From assembly GCA_965112155.1 (NCBI GenBank), contig OZ218103.1: a stretch of DNA of 64,000 bases; one strand, given 5' to 3'. The stretch is from Podarcis liolepis. Taxonomy: Eukaryota. The translations under genes were made by a program, and so were the position numbers. The notes under the pieces are model-generated. The model did not search any database. It was given only the letters and a program-made list of their open reading frames with translations, and was not told the DNA's origin. Shown one piece after another: positions 37,441 to 51,330 of this stretch. Within the stretch, counting starts at the first letter, position 1. The number at the start of each line of letters is the position of its first letter.

Positions 37441-38275
37441 AAAATGGCAAATGGTAATTCACTATAAGCAAGTGTAAAGTAATGCACATTGGGGGGGAAA
37501 TACCCCACCCTTATTTTGCATATATGCTAATGGAGCCTGAAGTGGCAGTGACTAACCAAGAACAAGACCTTGGGTTTGCAGTAGATAGTTCAGTTAAGAT
37601 GTCAACCCATTGTGAAACCCATTATGAAAAAGGCAAATTCCATATTAGGGATTGTTTAAAAAGGGATTTAAAACAAAAGCGGCAATGTCACTATGCAAAC
37701 CTATGTTGAGGTCACACTTTAAATGCTGTGTGCAGTTCTGATTTCCTTATCTCAAAAAGGATCATGCAGCGTAGGAAAGGGGGTACAGGAAAATGAGCAA
37801 GGGGTTGGAGCAATTCCCTTTTGACGAAAGGGTTACAGCATTTGGGGCTTCTTAATTTAGAGAAAAGGCGACTAAGAGTCAACATGGTAGAGGTGCATAA
37901 GATTAGGCATGGTGTGGAGAAAATGGATAGGGAGATGTTTTTCTCCCTCTCTCTTAATACTGGATGCCAGGGTCATTCAGTAAAGCCAAATCTTGGAGGA
38001 TTCAGGACCAAAATATAGGAAGTGCACAGTTAAACTATGACATTCATTCCCACAAGATGCAGTGACCGCCACCAACTTTTATGGCTTTGAAATGGATACC
38101 AGCCATAACTGTTTTACCTCTGTTGTTGGAGGCAGAATGCATCTGAATAACAAATATGGAGAGTGCTATTGCACTCTGCTCCTGCTTGTGGGCTTCCCAT
38201 GTTGGCCATTGTGAGAACAGGATGCTGAACTATAAATGACTCTTGGGCCTGATCCAGCAGGGCTCTTTGTATGTC
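37441..38275 (+). mobile_element. Old CR1 LINE 3' fragment
   Basis: KCKVMHIG-like sequence, QEQDLGFAVDSSVKMSTHC, LGLLNLEKRRLRVNMVEVHKI, then CR1-type 3'UTR. Confidence 0.85.
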
Positions 38276-41179
38276 TTAAAATGTGCCTAAATGTAACACT
38301 CACTTAATTCAGCTGTCTGATCCTTGGGGAAGAGTACAAAATGTCCAGGTTTTCTTCCCCCAAAGCAACAATTCAAAGAATCAGGACTCTCTTAATGCCC
38401 TTTTAAATTACAATAATTAAATGCCAGTGCAGTTGAGAATTAATGGCTTTTTGTGTGTGGTCCATGTTCCCCCAACTCCAGATCCCATAAATTCTCCAAT
38501 GTCTCTATAAAAAAAGGAATATTTGTGACCACGCAAGATGCGAGAATGTAAAAGAGAAGAAGAAATAAAATAAAATAAATTCCCCAGTCAAAGTACTATA
38601 AAGAGAATGTTGCATTGATTCGATCTTTTGTTTTTGGGTGGAGTGGGGGAAAGCTGAGGGACACTGTAGTGTATGGAAACGACTTCCTATTATGCAATTC
38701 TGCCCTCATTGTTACTTCCAGTTTGCTCTAACCACCTAATTGTGTCTATAATTAGAAACTGAACACTCTTAAATTACATTTGAAAAGTCAAATTCTATTG
38801 TCGTTTCCTTCTTTCTGGTGCCTTGGTAGGCACAACTATCTGCTGCTGGTGTACAGGACAGGTATTAATACTAGAATGACAGCTTGCCTGCCTGTATCGC
38901 TGTCTCGGTTCCTGCCCATCTGGCAGCATCCTGAGCCATCACTTTTGTTCAGCACTTTTGTGCTGAACTGAAAGTAAACAAAGCCAGCTGAGTCGATGCC
39001 TTCAAAATGCAAAGATCATTTTAAAAACAACATACGTATCTGTGGCGATGTCATGGTCTAAATGAGCAGTGGATGCGTTCCCAGTAAGGCAGGAAGAAAT
39101 ACAGTACAACCTTTCTTTGGCAATGCCCTGTATGTTTTAGAAAGCTGGGCTCTGGTTCTGGTGTCAGTTAACTCCACTTGCTAGTTCCCAGCATGATCTT
39201 TGGGCTTGTTGGTTGAATCTGAGTCCAAAGAGCTTTCCTCTCCCTGGCAGCCACGTACATTGTGAGCCAGAGATGCGGATACTAATTTACTCCTAACCTG
39301 GCTGCAGCATGCCCTGTGATGTGGTGTCAATCATAGCCCCATTAGACACTTCTTCATGCCAGCCTCGAGTGACTGCTGCAAAGCTGTTGGCTGCCTTTCA
39401 GCTCCTGTCGGAGCCATATGTTGGATATCCAGGTTCTTTATGTGGGACCTGTCGAAGGGTCTTACAGAACAGATGTTCGTGATGAGCAATATGCTTGAGA
39501 GAATTTTCCAAAGCTCCTCATTTGCCAGGACTCTTGGCTCAGGTTTTTCAATGCTGATTGTGCTCTTTGCACTGATGGCCTCTGTTGGGGAGTGGGGAGC
39601 TCAGATGGAAGTGAACTGCAGCATTTGTCTGTCTTCCATAAACACCACTGTCACTACTTTCAGATTTCACACCAAACCATGGTGGTATATCATGAATAAG
39701 GCATCTAAGTGCTGGGTGGAGATTGGAAGGTAAAGACAGTCCCTGCCTGCAGACTTGCAATCTAAAAGACACAATACAAAAGAGTTAGAAGCAAGCAAAT
39801 TGAGGCAACCTGTTCTGAAAGTAACAAACGTTAGCCAGTAGCATCCATTCTGGACAGGTAGACCTCCCTGCCTTTATACTCACATGCACAAACAAGTAGC
39901 CCTTGAACCCCTAGCAGATGATAAAGGTCCAAGTTGGCTTCGGCTCTCAAACCAAGGTTTGCAAATGGCTACCAAATTAAGATATCAAGTCATGTTTTGA
40001 AGCTGGTTTGCATGAACTGTGGTTTTCCATTCTATTTGAATTGACAAACCACATTTATGACCCATGCTCTGTCTCGAGAGGCTACTGCATCATCTGGAGA
40101 GAGGTGTGAACTGAACAAAGATGCATTCTGAGCAGAGAAAATGAAACCAGACAAGGAGCTCTCCAAGTAATGGTTTGCCTATTGTAAGTTTAGAAGCTCA
40201 ACCCATGAAGTGGGTTTTTAACCACCATAGGTGTAGTACAGCTATGTACCTCCTTGTTTTGCTGACTACCTCTTTGTACTGATAACTGGCCCATTTATGT
40301 TTTTTTGATAGATGATTCCATTGATTAAGATGAAGAAGATGATACCGGCCATGTTTAAATAAGATAGGCACAATGTTTTTGCTTACATATGCAGCCCCAC
40401 CTCTCCTCCCCTTGATGCTTGTAGGAATCAAACCGGGAAGTAATTTGAATCAAGAAGCCCTGGTTACCGGATTTGGAACAAACCAGGATATTAAATCTCC
40501 AGGGCACAGTTTGACTACAACCCCCTTCATCCCTGACCATTGGCCATGGTGGGTGGAGGTCTGTGGAGTTGGAGTCCAACAACATCTGGAGGGCCACCTC
40601 TGATCTAATGGTTCATTTTCACACTACACGTCCCAGTTTCTTTTGTCCTGTTCAACACATTCTTAGATTTAGCTTCTGGGCAGGCATCTTCTAAACTGAT
40701 ACAGAGGATATTTCTTTACCTACTACCATGAGGAATTTTGAATTTAACAGGTGATCCATTAAATCGGGGGTGGCCCTCTAGATGTTGGGAGTTGAAGTCA
40801 AACCCCTTTCTTTGAGACATAATATTTTGTGTTTGATACAGCTCTGACAAACTTGAAAAGTCTAGAAGAAAGGGATTCCACATTCCCTGGGAATTTTAAT
40901 TCATTGCAGAGCTCTCCTTAACAGTTAAGAAGGTTATATGCATACATGCATATCTTTATCTATCTATGTAAATCTGCTTTGTCATTTACTCATTTTCTCC
41001 TGTTCACTAGAGCAACATTTGAGAACAATTGTTACCCCTCTTCCTCTGAGATTCTTAAATACTGAACACCCAAGCCACTTTCCTTAACCTTCTTTTGTGT
41101 TCTCAGGCTTTCTGCTTAAGTAGTCTGAAAAGACTGTAAAAGGAAAATGGCTTCATTTCTTTTCAGTGTTCTTTCTAGC

Positions 41180-41385
41180 GCTTTTTCGTAGCTGAAACAT
41201 TTTCAAGTTCTCAATGCCTTTGTTAAACTGTGATCCATTATGGTGAACACAGCACTCCAAATGAAGCCTTAACAGTGACAAATGGAGTGAAGCTGAGTTC
41301 TTGAGGTGTGGAAACCATGTTCCTGTTAATGCAGGCTAGCATAGCCTTGGCCTTTTGAGCCAATGCAACATATTGTTGGCTTGTG
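41180..41385 (-). mobile_element. Degenerate CR1 fragment
   Basis: - strand QQYVALAQKAKAMLACINRNMVS resembles CR1 ORF2. Confidence 0.6.
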
Positions 41386-43419
41386 TCTCTGTGCAAGTTT
41401 TTGTTTCCAGGAAAATATAAAATGCAAAGTAGTAACAAAGAAATCAGTATGTCTTAACCATTTGCAACTGGAATGAAAATAAATAAAAATGCTTCTTCTG
41501 CTCCTGTTTAAGATGTTATTCCGAGTTCTGAAACCAAAGTTTCTAAGATACTGAACATTTTTTATTTATAGTCACCTCTATAGCTGTATTCTTTGTGTAC
41601 AAATTCTTAAATAAGGCAGTTCTCTATTTAGAATTAATAAACTGTTGCGTAAACCATAGTGCAGAATATTATAAACCTTGAACATTATTGGGTTTTAAAA
41701 ATAGTGATTTAGAATGCTCTTAGTGCTCCCTACAACTGCAGCTCAGTAATATTATCCCCATATTTCATATTGGGGGTGGTAGTGGTTAAAACTAAGCATG
41801 GAATTCAAAGTAGCACTAAGGAGATCACTCATTCCATGCTAGCATTTCTGCTTGTCTGATGGAACTGTCACCACCTCCTCCCTCCACAACCTGTTCTACC
41901 AGTTCTGCAAACACTCCAGAGCTGATCTGGTGGGCAGGGGAATCCCTGCTGCACTGGTGGGACTCATTGTGCTGGCTCCTGCTAGCACAACGATTTAATT
42001 TAATCTGGTCCAAAGAGACTGGTTTACCTGAGATCACCTGGAAAGTTTGTGGCCGGGCTGTGATTTGAACCAGGGCATCCTGGTTCATGCTTTGCCACTA
42101 TTTTACACGGGCAGGCAACTTTTGTTCACTTGGAGAAGATTTCATATGATCCAAGCTTCCACCAGAGCTGGACCCTAAAACTCATGAAGATACAAGCGAA
42201 TGCGCAGAAACCCTTTTCCTTACTAAATGCAGAGCCAATAAATCTGTTAATTAACCACTGCCTCCACTTTTTAAATTAAGGGAAAGAGATTCTGGATAGG
42301 GGTGGACTCTTAAGATTAAGGGCTGCTCCACTTGTGTGTGCATCTCTATGTATGTAACGTGTGTATAAAGTGTTAAGGAATGTGGCACACATCCCCTGCA
42401 CACTTTGAGATGCAGTAGACACGCACTAGGGAACCGGGAGCATCCATGGCTCCCTGTCAAGTGTTCATGGAGCGTTTGGAGATGCACAGCATCACTTCCC
42501 ACCTCCTATGTGTTACTTGTTTCCATGACAAATGCTGCTATACTGCAGTAGCCAAATAGGGCATGTGAAGCCTATCTAAGCTTTACAGTCCTACTGCCAT
42601 GGGGCTTGTTAATTCAGGATTGTTACCTTCACTCAGGTTATTGATATGCTGCACCCCAGCTTTGGGGGTCCCAGAATAATGTAGAAAGTGTAGGTCCACA
42701 GAGCACAGGGGACTTGGAGACATACCGTGTGATTTATTTGCACTCCTGGGGGTCTTTCTCCCCATAGATTGTCAGGACATTCTTCCATACATCACGCCAG
42801 ATGTCTAGATGAGAGATGGGACCCCAGAGCTCTGGGTGCATATTGCACAAAGTGCCATGTGGTCGCTGTCTCATGGATTAATGGAATAAGCTATGAGTGT
42901 CCATCATCTGTTCACCAATGTCATTCCTTGGCCAATGATGCTGCAGTGGGAAAACAGCCCTTGATTATTTTGTGGCCCAGTTCTTACAGACAATAAATGT
43001 GGCAGTAAAGCTTTCAGTGGACTGAACTACTTCAGGCTACAGTTGGGCTCACATGATGAAATGCTTGCTCCTTCATTTTAAAAAAAAAGTTAATGCATGT
43101 CAATCAGACATAGCATGTTGGAGGTAATATTCCTGGGCATGCTATCTTTCTCTGTGTAAGGTTTTACCATTTTATTTTGCATAGAGGGAGCATTCCATCA
43201 TTTGATTTTCTTGTCTGCAGTCTGAAATAGTACTGACATAGTTTCCCTCTTTGCCTACGGTTTGCCAGAGCCCACGACTTAACTTTAACCTTGGATTTGC
43301 CTGTACAAACAGTTGTGATTAAGTGTATTATTTATTAATTAAATTTATGCACTGCCCTTCATCCAAGGATTATATAACATAATAGCAAACAAAACAATAA
43401 TGCGCCCCAAACACACACA

Positions 43420-43645
43420 GTTTAAAAGGCCATGGAAAGGTTTCAGAGAAGAGGAATGTTTTTGCCTGGCTCCTAAAGATATGTGAAGAAGGTGCCAGGC
43501 GAGCCTTCCTAGGGAGAGTATGCCACAAACCAGCAGCCACTGCAGAAAAGGCCCAGACCTCTTGTGGTCATCAGATGATTGCTGGATCTGGGTCAGTTTG
43601 TATGGGAAGAGGTGGTCCTTGAAGTATTGCGGCCCTGACCCTTTT
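43420..43645 (-). mobile_element. L2-like 3' fragment
   Basis: - strand GSGPQYFKDHLFPY resembles the L2 ORF2 C-terminal GLGPxYLxDxL motif. Confidence 0.6.
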
Positions 43646-44376
43646 AAATGATGCTGAATGCCTAAAGGATGGTGGTACAACCTTTTCCTTCTCTGAAGCC
43701 CCATTTAGAAGTTATACTCAATGCAAAAGAGCAATGCACGAGAGTGAGGTTGCACTGAATAGCCTTGGCTCCTATGTTGCACACCCGCTAGTTCCTACCT
43801 CTTGGTATCCATGCACGCAGCACAAATATTTGAAGAAGGGAGCCTCCTCTGCAAAGAGGGGGATGCCAGGGGTGTGTGGATGCCATGTCAGTGTTGGTGT
43901 GTATTATGTCAGGCAGTGGGGCTCCTTAGCATAGTCCTACTTACGCATTAGTCCCACAAGTGAGTGTAACTGCTGAGCAGTGCTTGGAAAGTTCGTTTTA
44001 AAAATAAATTGGTTCCACTTTACCTCCTCTAAAAAGGAATTAGTTCCCATTCCAGTTCCCATCCTCCAGAAAGGAACTAGCTTCATTCCCACCCATTTCA
44101 TAGATAGTCCGTTTGGTCCTTTGCATTATTTTTTTCCAGCCTATGGAATTTTACAAACTGTTCTGCTAAAGTCTAAAATATACTTCAGACAAGTAAGAAA
44201 AATACTCTGTAATGCAACCAATTGTTTTATTTATTCCCCCCAACAATTAGGATTTTTAAACTTAAACAGTAGCATCACTTTTCAGAGAGGTATACAAATG
44301 GTAATAGCAATGAGAAGGCAATGAAACCCTTACATATCTAGATTTACAGTACATAAAATCATTTACTCTCTAGGCT

Positions 44377-44540
44377 CAGTGCTTTTTTCTGGGGGGTTTG
44401 CATACCCCTAAACATTTTGTGAATATTTGTACTTTTGTCCATTTACTGTATTTATTTCCCCCGATTTGAACTATAAAATGGTGATTTTCTTGAGTCAAAA
44501 TGAGAGTGCCCCTAAACATTTTTTAAAGAAAAAAGCACCG
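44377..44540. mobile_element. Short MITE with terminal inverted repeats
   Basis: CAGTGCTTTTTTCT...AGAAAAAAGCACCG; internal repeat CCCCTAAACATTTT. Confidence 0.65.
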
Positions 44541-44689
44541 TCTAATTACAAAATTTATCAAATGCATACCTAATATACCACCTTATCAGTCATTTTTAAG
44601 CCACTCTACAGGGAGGCTTACCAGAAATAGACCACAAGGCAACTGAGAATCTACTCCAACCTTAAAGGGCTAGAAACAGCAGTCACATC

Positions 44690-44880
44690 TGTACCATACA
44701 TTGAAAGCCACTTATATCACTTTAACAGTCATGGTTTCCCCTCAAAGAATCCTGGGAAATGTAGTTCATTAAGGGTGCTAGGAATTGTATTCAGTACCCT
44801 TAACAAACATCATTTCCCAGGATTCTTTGGGAGGAAGCTATGACTCTTAAAGTGGTATTAGAGTGTGTTCAGTGTGCTGC
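44690..44880. mobile_element. Palindromic MITE-like element
   Basis: CAAAGAATCCTGGGAAAT...ATTTCCCAGGATTCTTTG and flanks fold into a long hairpin. Confidence 0.6.
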
Positions 44881-45331
44881 TGGCATAGAATGATCATTTG
44901 CTTCTTAGCCACTGCACTAACTACTAACCTGAGTCTGGCTTCATTCTGCAGGAACATCTGACCAGCAACAGCCAAAGGTTTTGGTCCCAGACTCAACAAG
45001 GTGCCCTTAAACCACTGTGGGATCCTGCCCATTGAAATAATTGAACCAAATTTTAAGATGCCTGAAGTTCTACTTGATAATTAAGTGTGCAAACTTGAAA
45101 ATTGCAAACACAGACATCTGTGTAAATTAAAAGCTTTTGTATGATTTCCATAAGACATTTCAGTCTGAAATAGGGCATCACATCAATTTTCTCTCTCATT
45201 CACCATGACAGCTCTCTTTATTTCACAAATAAACAGAGAGGAAACAGAATGAGCTAAGTACAGTAGAGTATAGAGTGTAAACCAAGAATGAGAAACAAAG
45301 AAGTTTGTGATTTGCTTGAGATCAGCACATA

Positions 45332-45789
45332 CCGTATTTTTCGCCCTATAGGACGCACCATCCCATAAGGCGCACCTAGTTTTTTTGGGGGGAAATAAAG
45401 GGAAAAAATTATTTCCCCCCCAGGCGCGGGGCTGGGGCGGGGGAAGCCCGAGCTTCCCCCGACCCCAGCCCCCAAACAGGCAGCTCTCTGCAAGCCGTGG
45501 GAGCCCAGCGCTGGCTCCCGCTGCTTGCTGAGAGGTCCGCAAAGCCTGGACGCGCTGAGCTCAGCGCGCACAGGCTTCAGCATGCAGGCAACTCTCCGCA
45601 AGCAGCGGGAGCGCTCCCGCTGCTTGCAGAGAGGTCTGCGAAGCCTGGAGAGCAGAGGGGTCGGTGCGCACCGACCCCTCTCGCTCTCCAGGCTTCAGCG
45701 AAAGCCTGCATTCGCCTCATAGGACGCACACACATTTCCCCTTCATTTTTGGAGGGGAAAAGGTGCGTCCTATAGGGCGAAAAATACGG
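45332..45789. mobile_element. Non-autonomous Tc1/mariner-superfamily MITE (Tc2-like ends), copy 2
   Basis: Same TIRs as 11595-12110, TA at 45330-45331 and 45790-45791. Confidence 0.88.
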
Positions 45790-47472
45790 TAATCATCCAG
45801 TGGGGAAGTTCAGCTTTCAATAACATTCTGCCCAGAATCCTTCTCTGTTAGGTTTTACTACCATCTCCAGCCTTTTTTCAAAAGAATAGGACAGTTTTCC
45901 TAAATACTGTTGGTCATTCCCTGTGTTACATATTTAAGAGTCTCCAGTCTTTTAGCTGATTAAAATAAACCTTGTAGTGTGAAGTTGCCAAAGTTTGTTC
46001 CACCCTAGAATTTTGATTTAAATGGGAGCTTTTTTTATTATTCAGAGGGCGTCAATATTAATTAGAGTAGATTTTTAATCCATGGAACTGTAAGCAAAGG
46101 GTGCACTTTTTAATTTTGTGAGACCACTTTGATTCAGGTATGTTACTGTATTAGGTGATGGAAAAGAAAATATTAAAAAGGGCCTTCCCTCCTAACTGTG
46201 AGTGGTAGGCTTTTTGAATGAAATCACAGTGTATGTTCTCTCTCAAGTGCTTCGGCTTTCAAAATGGCACCTATAGTGCTGTATTGATAATATTAAAAGG
46301 CAGTCAACTGATCAAGTGCATTGCTGAATGGCAGGCAGCCGCAAGTTAAACCATCCCACCTACCTCACAGCAGACATGCATTTAGCCATACTCCTTTCTT
46401 GAGCTAGCGCTGCTCCCTTTGACTCTGCAAAAAGGGCTCTCCTCTCCTGCTGGGGTCCAAAATTAACTGGAGCTGAAAAGACTTGGAAGAGCCTGTTTCA
46501 GTGAGATTCCTTTAATGCCGCTAGGCTGGTTGCGGTGAATGGCGCGTTCCTTTCAGGTTTGATGGGGGAAGTGGAGGGGTCTCTTTATGTGAAGACAGTC
46601 CATCATCACTGCCGACACTAATTGCTTAGAGCTAGATTTAACTTTCAGACCTTTGATGGGTAAGAAACTGTTTAAGAGCTGTTACGCTTTTGAGAGTCTG
46701 CAGAGTCTTTTCGTGAAGCTGCAATTAGTGTTGATGACAATGTGCGTTTCAAAGACTCAGGGTGGGCTGCCTGGGAGAATCTCCCATCTCTCCTTCCCTG
46801 ACTGCCATTGCCAGTTAGTCGCCTGCTGCCATCTCCATTACCCTAATGTGACTCATACGCTGCTTGCTGCTGGGCTGCCACAGGATTGGTGCCTTCCTGC
46901 TGTTCAGTGATGGCTCCCACCCCCACTCCCACCCTGAAGCTGGAATGGTGGTGTCTGGGAGAGGTATTGGTCTGAGGGTAAAGACAAAAGCTTGTGGCCC
47001 TCCATCTACAGCAATTAATACTTTAAGCTCCAAATAGCTGGCAGGGCTATTACACATTATTGCCATAGAGCATCTCTGTGCAGAAGACTCCAGGTTTAAT
47101 CCCAGACATCTTCAGATAGGGCTAGTTAGAGGTCCCTGTCTGAAATCTTGGAGAGCTGCTGCCATTCAGTGCGGACATTACTGAACTTGATTGACTTCTA
47201 TATAAGGCAGCTTCTGACACTCCTATGTTGCTTCTTGAATCAATAATACCGTTGCTCCTTCACGCCATACCAAACTTATTCCAGTTTTACTCATTGTTCC
47301 AGGGCCAGTTCTACCGTTAGGCAAGGCAGCCTCCTTAGGTGCTTTCCTCAGCTATTCGCATAGCTGTCAAACGTCCCTTATTTGGTGGGAAACGCCCTTA
47401 TCCCAGCGCCGTGTCCCGCTGCTGTCCCTTATTGATGATGTCCCTTAAATTTCCTGGGTTTCAAATGAAGCA

Positions 47473-47804
47473 GGTAAAGGACCCCTGACAGTTAAGTCCA
47501 GTCGCAAACGACTCTGGGGTTGCAGCGCTCATCTCGCTCTATAGGCCGTGGGAGCCGACGTTTGTCCACAGACAGTTTTTCCAGGTCACATGACCAGCAT
47601 GACTAAGTCTCTTCTGGTGAAACCAGAGCAGCGCACAGAAACACGGTTTACCTTTCCGGCGGAGCGTACCTATTTATCTACTTGCACTTTGATGTGCTTT
47701 CGAACTGCTAGGTTGGCAGGAGCTGGGACCGAACAACGGGAGCTCACCCCGTCGCAGGGATTTAAACTGCTCAGTGGTTTACACCACAGCACCACCCACG
47801 TCCC
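47473..47804 (-). mobile_element. Sauria SINE (Squam1-like, lacertid type)
   Basis: GGTAAAGGACCCCTG...TACCTATTTATCTACTTGCAC...GCTTTCGAACTGCTAGGTTGGCAGGAGC...CACGTCCC; deletion near the B-box. Confidence 0.88.
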
Positions 47805-50772
47805 ATTTAAAGGAATAGCTCAATGCATTTCCTCTTGCAAGGATTTTATTTTTTGAAATGGAGGCTAATCTATTCCAAAACTAACTCCCATGGGGCTGCG
47901 AACTCTAATGGAAGGTACCAGAGCCCAAAGCCGACTTTCACAAATCCTGCTCTGAATACAGCTTGTAGAGTTCGGTGCCTGCCTATCTGCATCCCAAAGC
48001 AGCTGCCCTTCCTGGGCTCAGAGCTCTCAATTCCTTGAACCAGAGAACTAGGCCAGTTGCTCAGCAGTAGCTCTTAACACTGTAGGAGGTTTGAATGGCT
48101 TGTCCTTGGCTTTTCAAAAGAATCATGGGTGAAGCGTAACCTCCTGTTCAATGCTGCCAGCCAAAGCATCTCTTGCTAGGGACGTTCTGTGATATCCATT
48201 AGCAAGGCAGCCACCACTAAGGCAGAGAGTGGCCAGTTTTGTATTCCTCTGCTGCCTTTTAATGGATTTGACAATTGTATCCTGGCATCAGAGAAACCAC
48301 GGAACTCTTGCACAGATGGATGGAGCAAGAGGGGGCTGGGGGTGGGGAGCAATAGGTCTTGATTGACAAGGAATGTCAATTTCTGGTTTGAATCCTGCCC
48401 TTAAAAAGTAGGAAGAATTTGGAAGTGTATTTTAAGAAACAATTCCAATTCTGTAACTGCAAAATCAACTGCTATTAAAAATGTACGTATAAGGATGCAG
48501 TATCGTTTCACTATGGCGTTTCAACATATTGGTTTGTTTGGATATATTTTTTGGGAGAAGGGGGTACTATAGAATTTGGTTTCAGCTACCATTGGCCTAC
48601 ATTCCCACCCCACTCCCAGGCATGAAATGGAAAATTGGAACTTAAAATGTGGAAGGAAAAGGGACCAGCCCTGTTGAGAATCAGAACTGGGCAGTGCTGC
48701 TGAATATAATATCTGTCTTTAGAACCATAACATGAGAAGGGTTTATATAGAAAGAGAAATGGGGCAAAAAGGAAGATTTATACCTGCCTCATTCATCTCC
48801 AAAGACCTATGCACTCCAGAGTTATTTCTGTAAAACTTGATCTATGTACAGCTCTTTGTCTTTTATCAGGTACATGCAGCTTTATCAGGTACTTCCAGAA
48901 ACTTATGTAACTCCAGGAGTTCTCATGAGCCTTAAAAAAATAATAATCACATGAGATTAGACTTTATGCCTTTAGCAGGAACTGACCGTAGCATTTCAGA
49001 TTTTGCTTTGTAATCATGACTCATCAAGGCTCAGGCTGGAAACCTTTCATAAATGCCATTCTACAATCCTGGAATATGTGAAGTAATAAAAAACAGAGCC
49101 CCTGAACACCTACAGTGTGTTTCCCCAATAACATTAAGCCCAGCCCATATACACCTGAAATTTAGGAGGATCAGATGGTGAGAGTTGTAGGTTCAATTAC
49201 TCTGTCTTTTATTGGAAATAAAAGTTGGAAATTCTCCGGATTCCATGGCTGTTGTTTGAAAGAGTGAATATACACAGATGCCATCCTGACCCTTGGTCCA
49301 TATTTCCCCTATCAGCAGCCCAGGCTTGTCTCACTTTCCTTCATTACCAGTGTGGGAGAGATGACAAGTGCAGAATTAGTGTGCTAAACAGAGTTGCAAG
49401 CTGGCAGCAGAGCTGTCCCTGTGAACTTGTTGTGCACTCCATTCTGTCCACCTTTTGAGTTGAAGCTTCCATCATGGTGATGATGGAATTGGTTTGACCA
49501 TTGCTGGTACAAAATGCTCTAGAAAGCCATATTGTTGTGTGCCTTAGGGCGACCTTGGTCACAGGTAGGACCGTGTGAGTTCTGCGTGTCACAGTGAACC
49601 TGGACCTGGAGGGTGCATGTTTGAGGAGGTGGCATTTCAACATCACAGAGCTCCATATCTGGGGTCCCTGTAAAAAGGGTGAAAAACCGTTTGGGCTCCA
49701 CAGGCCAGATCCCCATCAGGCTTGGTCTGGTGAACCCACCTGCCAATCACCTGACATCACAACAACATCAGGTGTAAGATGCTTTGGAGTTAGGGCTTTA
49801 TAAATGCCCCCCCCAATTTTATCAGGGGATTCCAGTGCAAACCTCTTCTTGATTCAAGAATCCCTTGCTAAAAGAGAAGAAAAGCCACCTTCATTTTAGT
49901 AGGGGTTTCCCTGCCTGAGCTTAGTTAATGGATGCAGAAAGATTGGTTCATCCCAGCAACTGAACAGAGGTATTCCAATAAACAGGAATGCAGGCACATT
50001 TCAAGTGAGACTGAGTCCAGTTAACATCTTGCAGCCCTTGTGTGCCCCACTTTAAGTTCCTGCAAGACTTCTAGTTGTGCCTCTCCCAGGGGCATTAAGT
50101 GCCATTCTTGCTGTCTCACCTAGTCAGGATGCAGTTAAAATGGTCTCTGCCTGCTCAGCCTCCAGCTCTGACCTTGGGATTAGCCAATTATCGCTGCAGC
50201 ACTCGGATACCACCTGAGTCTCAGCCCTCCCTTTTCAAAATCTCCTCCCTTTTGCTCCTCCCTTTCCCTATATACACTGACTCCACCCCACTTCCAGCTC
50301 ACACCTAGCTTTTAACCCTCTCTTAGCCTCCTTACTGGCCTGTGTCCACCACCTTTCCCTTGACTCAGGGTTTTCCTTCAGGATCATGCTGTAACTCTGG
50401 ATCAAACATCTGGGTGGCTCTCTCAGCTGGCAGCTCATATATGCTTTTTTAAAAAGCAAAGAAGACAGATATTCCGCACTTGGCATTAAGCATTTCATCA
50501 GGCTGTGGCAAAAGCAGCGATGGGACGCAGGGCACCTCATTGCTCTTCTGAGAGACCAGCTCCTTTTGGCTCCTCTCCCAGAACTGTTTCCATCCCAGCT
50601 GGTCAGTTGCAATGATTATTCCCCCCCCTAAGTTTGTATACTGTCCTTTATCCAAAGATCCCAGGGTGGTTCTATGTAACTTAAAACATAAGCACCCGAG
50701 TTTGCTTTCCCCCTGCATATATTCTTTAAGCCACTCCTCAAGCCTTTGCAGCTGAAGAGAGCCAGTGTGGTG

Positions 50773-50895
50773 TAGCCTTTCTCAACCTTGCATCCCCAGG
50801 TGTTGTTGGACTACAATTCCCACCACCCCTAACCATTGGCCTTGCCAGCTAGGCATGATGGGAATTGTAGTGTAACAACATCTGGGGACCTCAGG
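50773..50895. mobile_element. Truncated palindromic hAT-type MITE
   Basis: TAGCCTTTCTCAACCTT...ACTACAATTCCCA...TGGGAATTGTAGT...CATCTGGGGA; right end missing. Confidence 0.65.
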
Positions 50896-50911
50896 TACAG
50901 AACGGTTAGAG

Positions 50912-51047
50912 CAGGCTTCCTCAACCTCGGCCCTCCAGATGTTTTTGGTCTACAACTCCCATGACCCCTAACTAGCAGGACCAGTGGTCAGGGATGCTGG
51001 GAATTGTAGTCTCAAAACATCTGGCGGGCCAAGGTTGAAGAAGCCTG
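50912..51047. mobile_element. 136-bp palindromic hAT MITE with 8-bp TSD
   Basis: TIRs CAGGCTTC.TCAACCT / AGGTTGAAGAAGCCTG; GGTTAGAG at 50904-50911 and 51048-51055. Confidence 0.9.
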
Positions 51048-51330
51048 GGTTAGAGTGTCAGACTAGGACCTGAGAGAAACTAGGGTCTGAATCTCCACTC
51101 GGCCATGAAGCTCACTGGGGGGCTTTGAGCCAGTTACTCTCAGCCTAGCGTACCTCGCAGGGTCATTGTGGGGATTACATGAGGCGTGCGGGGAGAACCA
51201 TGTAAGACACCTTGAACTCCTTGGAGGAAAAGGTGAGATGTAAATAAATAAGAGTGGGGTAGCTATTAAAAAATAGATAAATCCCTAGGCCTTGCTCTCT
51301 CCCCAAAGCCTGCCGCCCTTTGTTTTTCAG

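Larger units (their letters stand above)
50756..51252 (+). mobile_element. Squam3-like SINE interrupted by two hAT MITEs
   Basis: GAGAGCCAGTGTGGTGTAG head; resumes GGTTAGAGTGTCAGACTAGGAC at 51048; ends in a TAAATAAATAA tail. Confidence 0.75.

Noticed and set aside
39356-39772. 125-aa ORF in intron 8
   Set aside because: No similarity recognised in any frame I translated.
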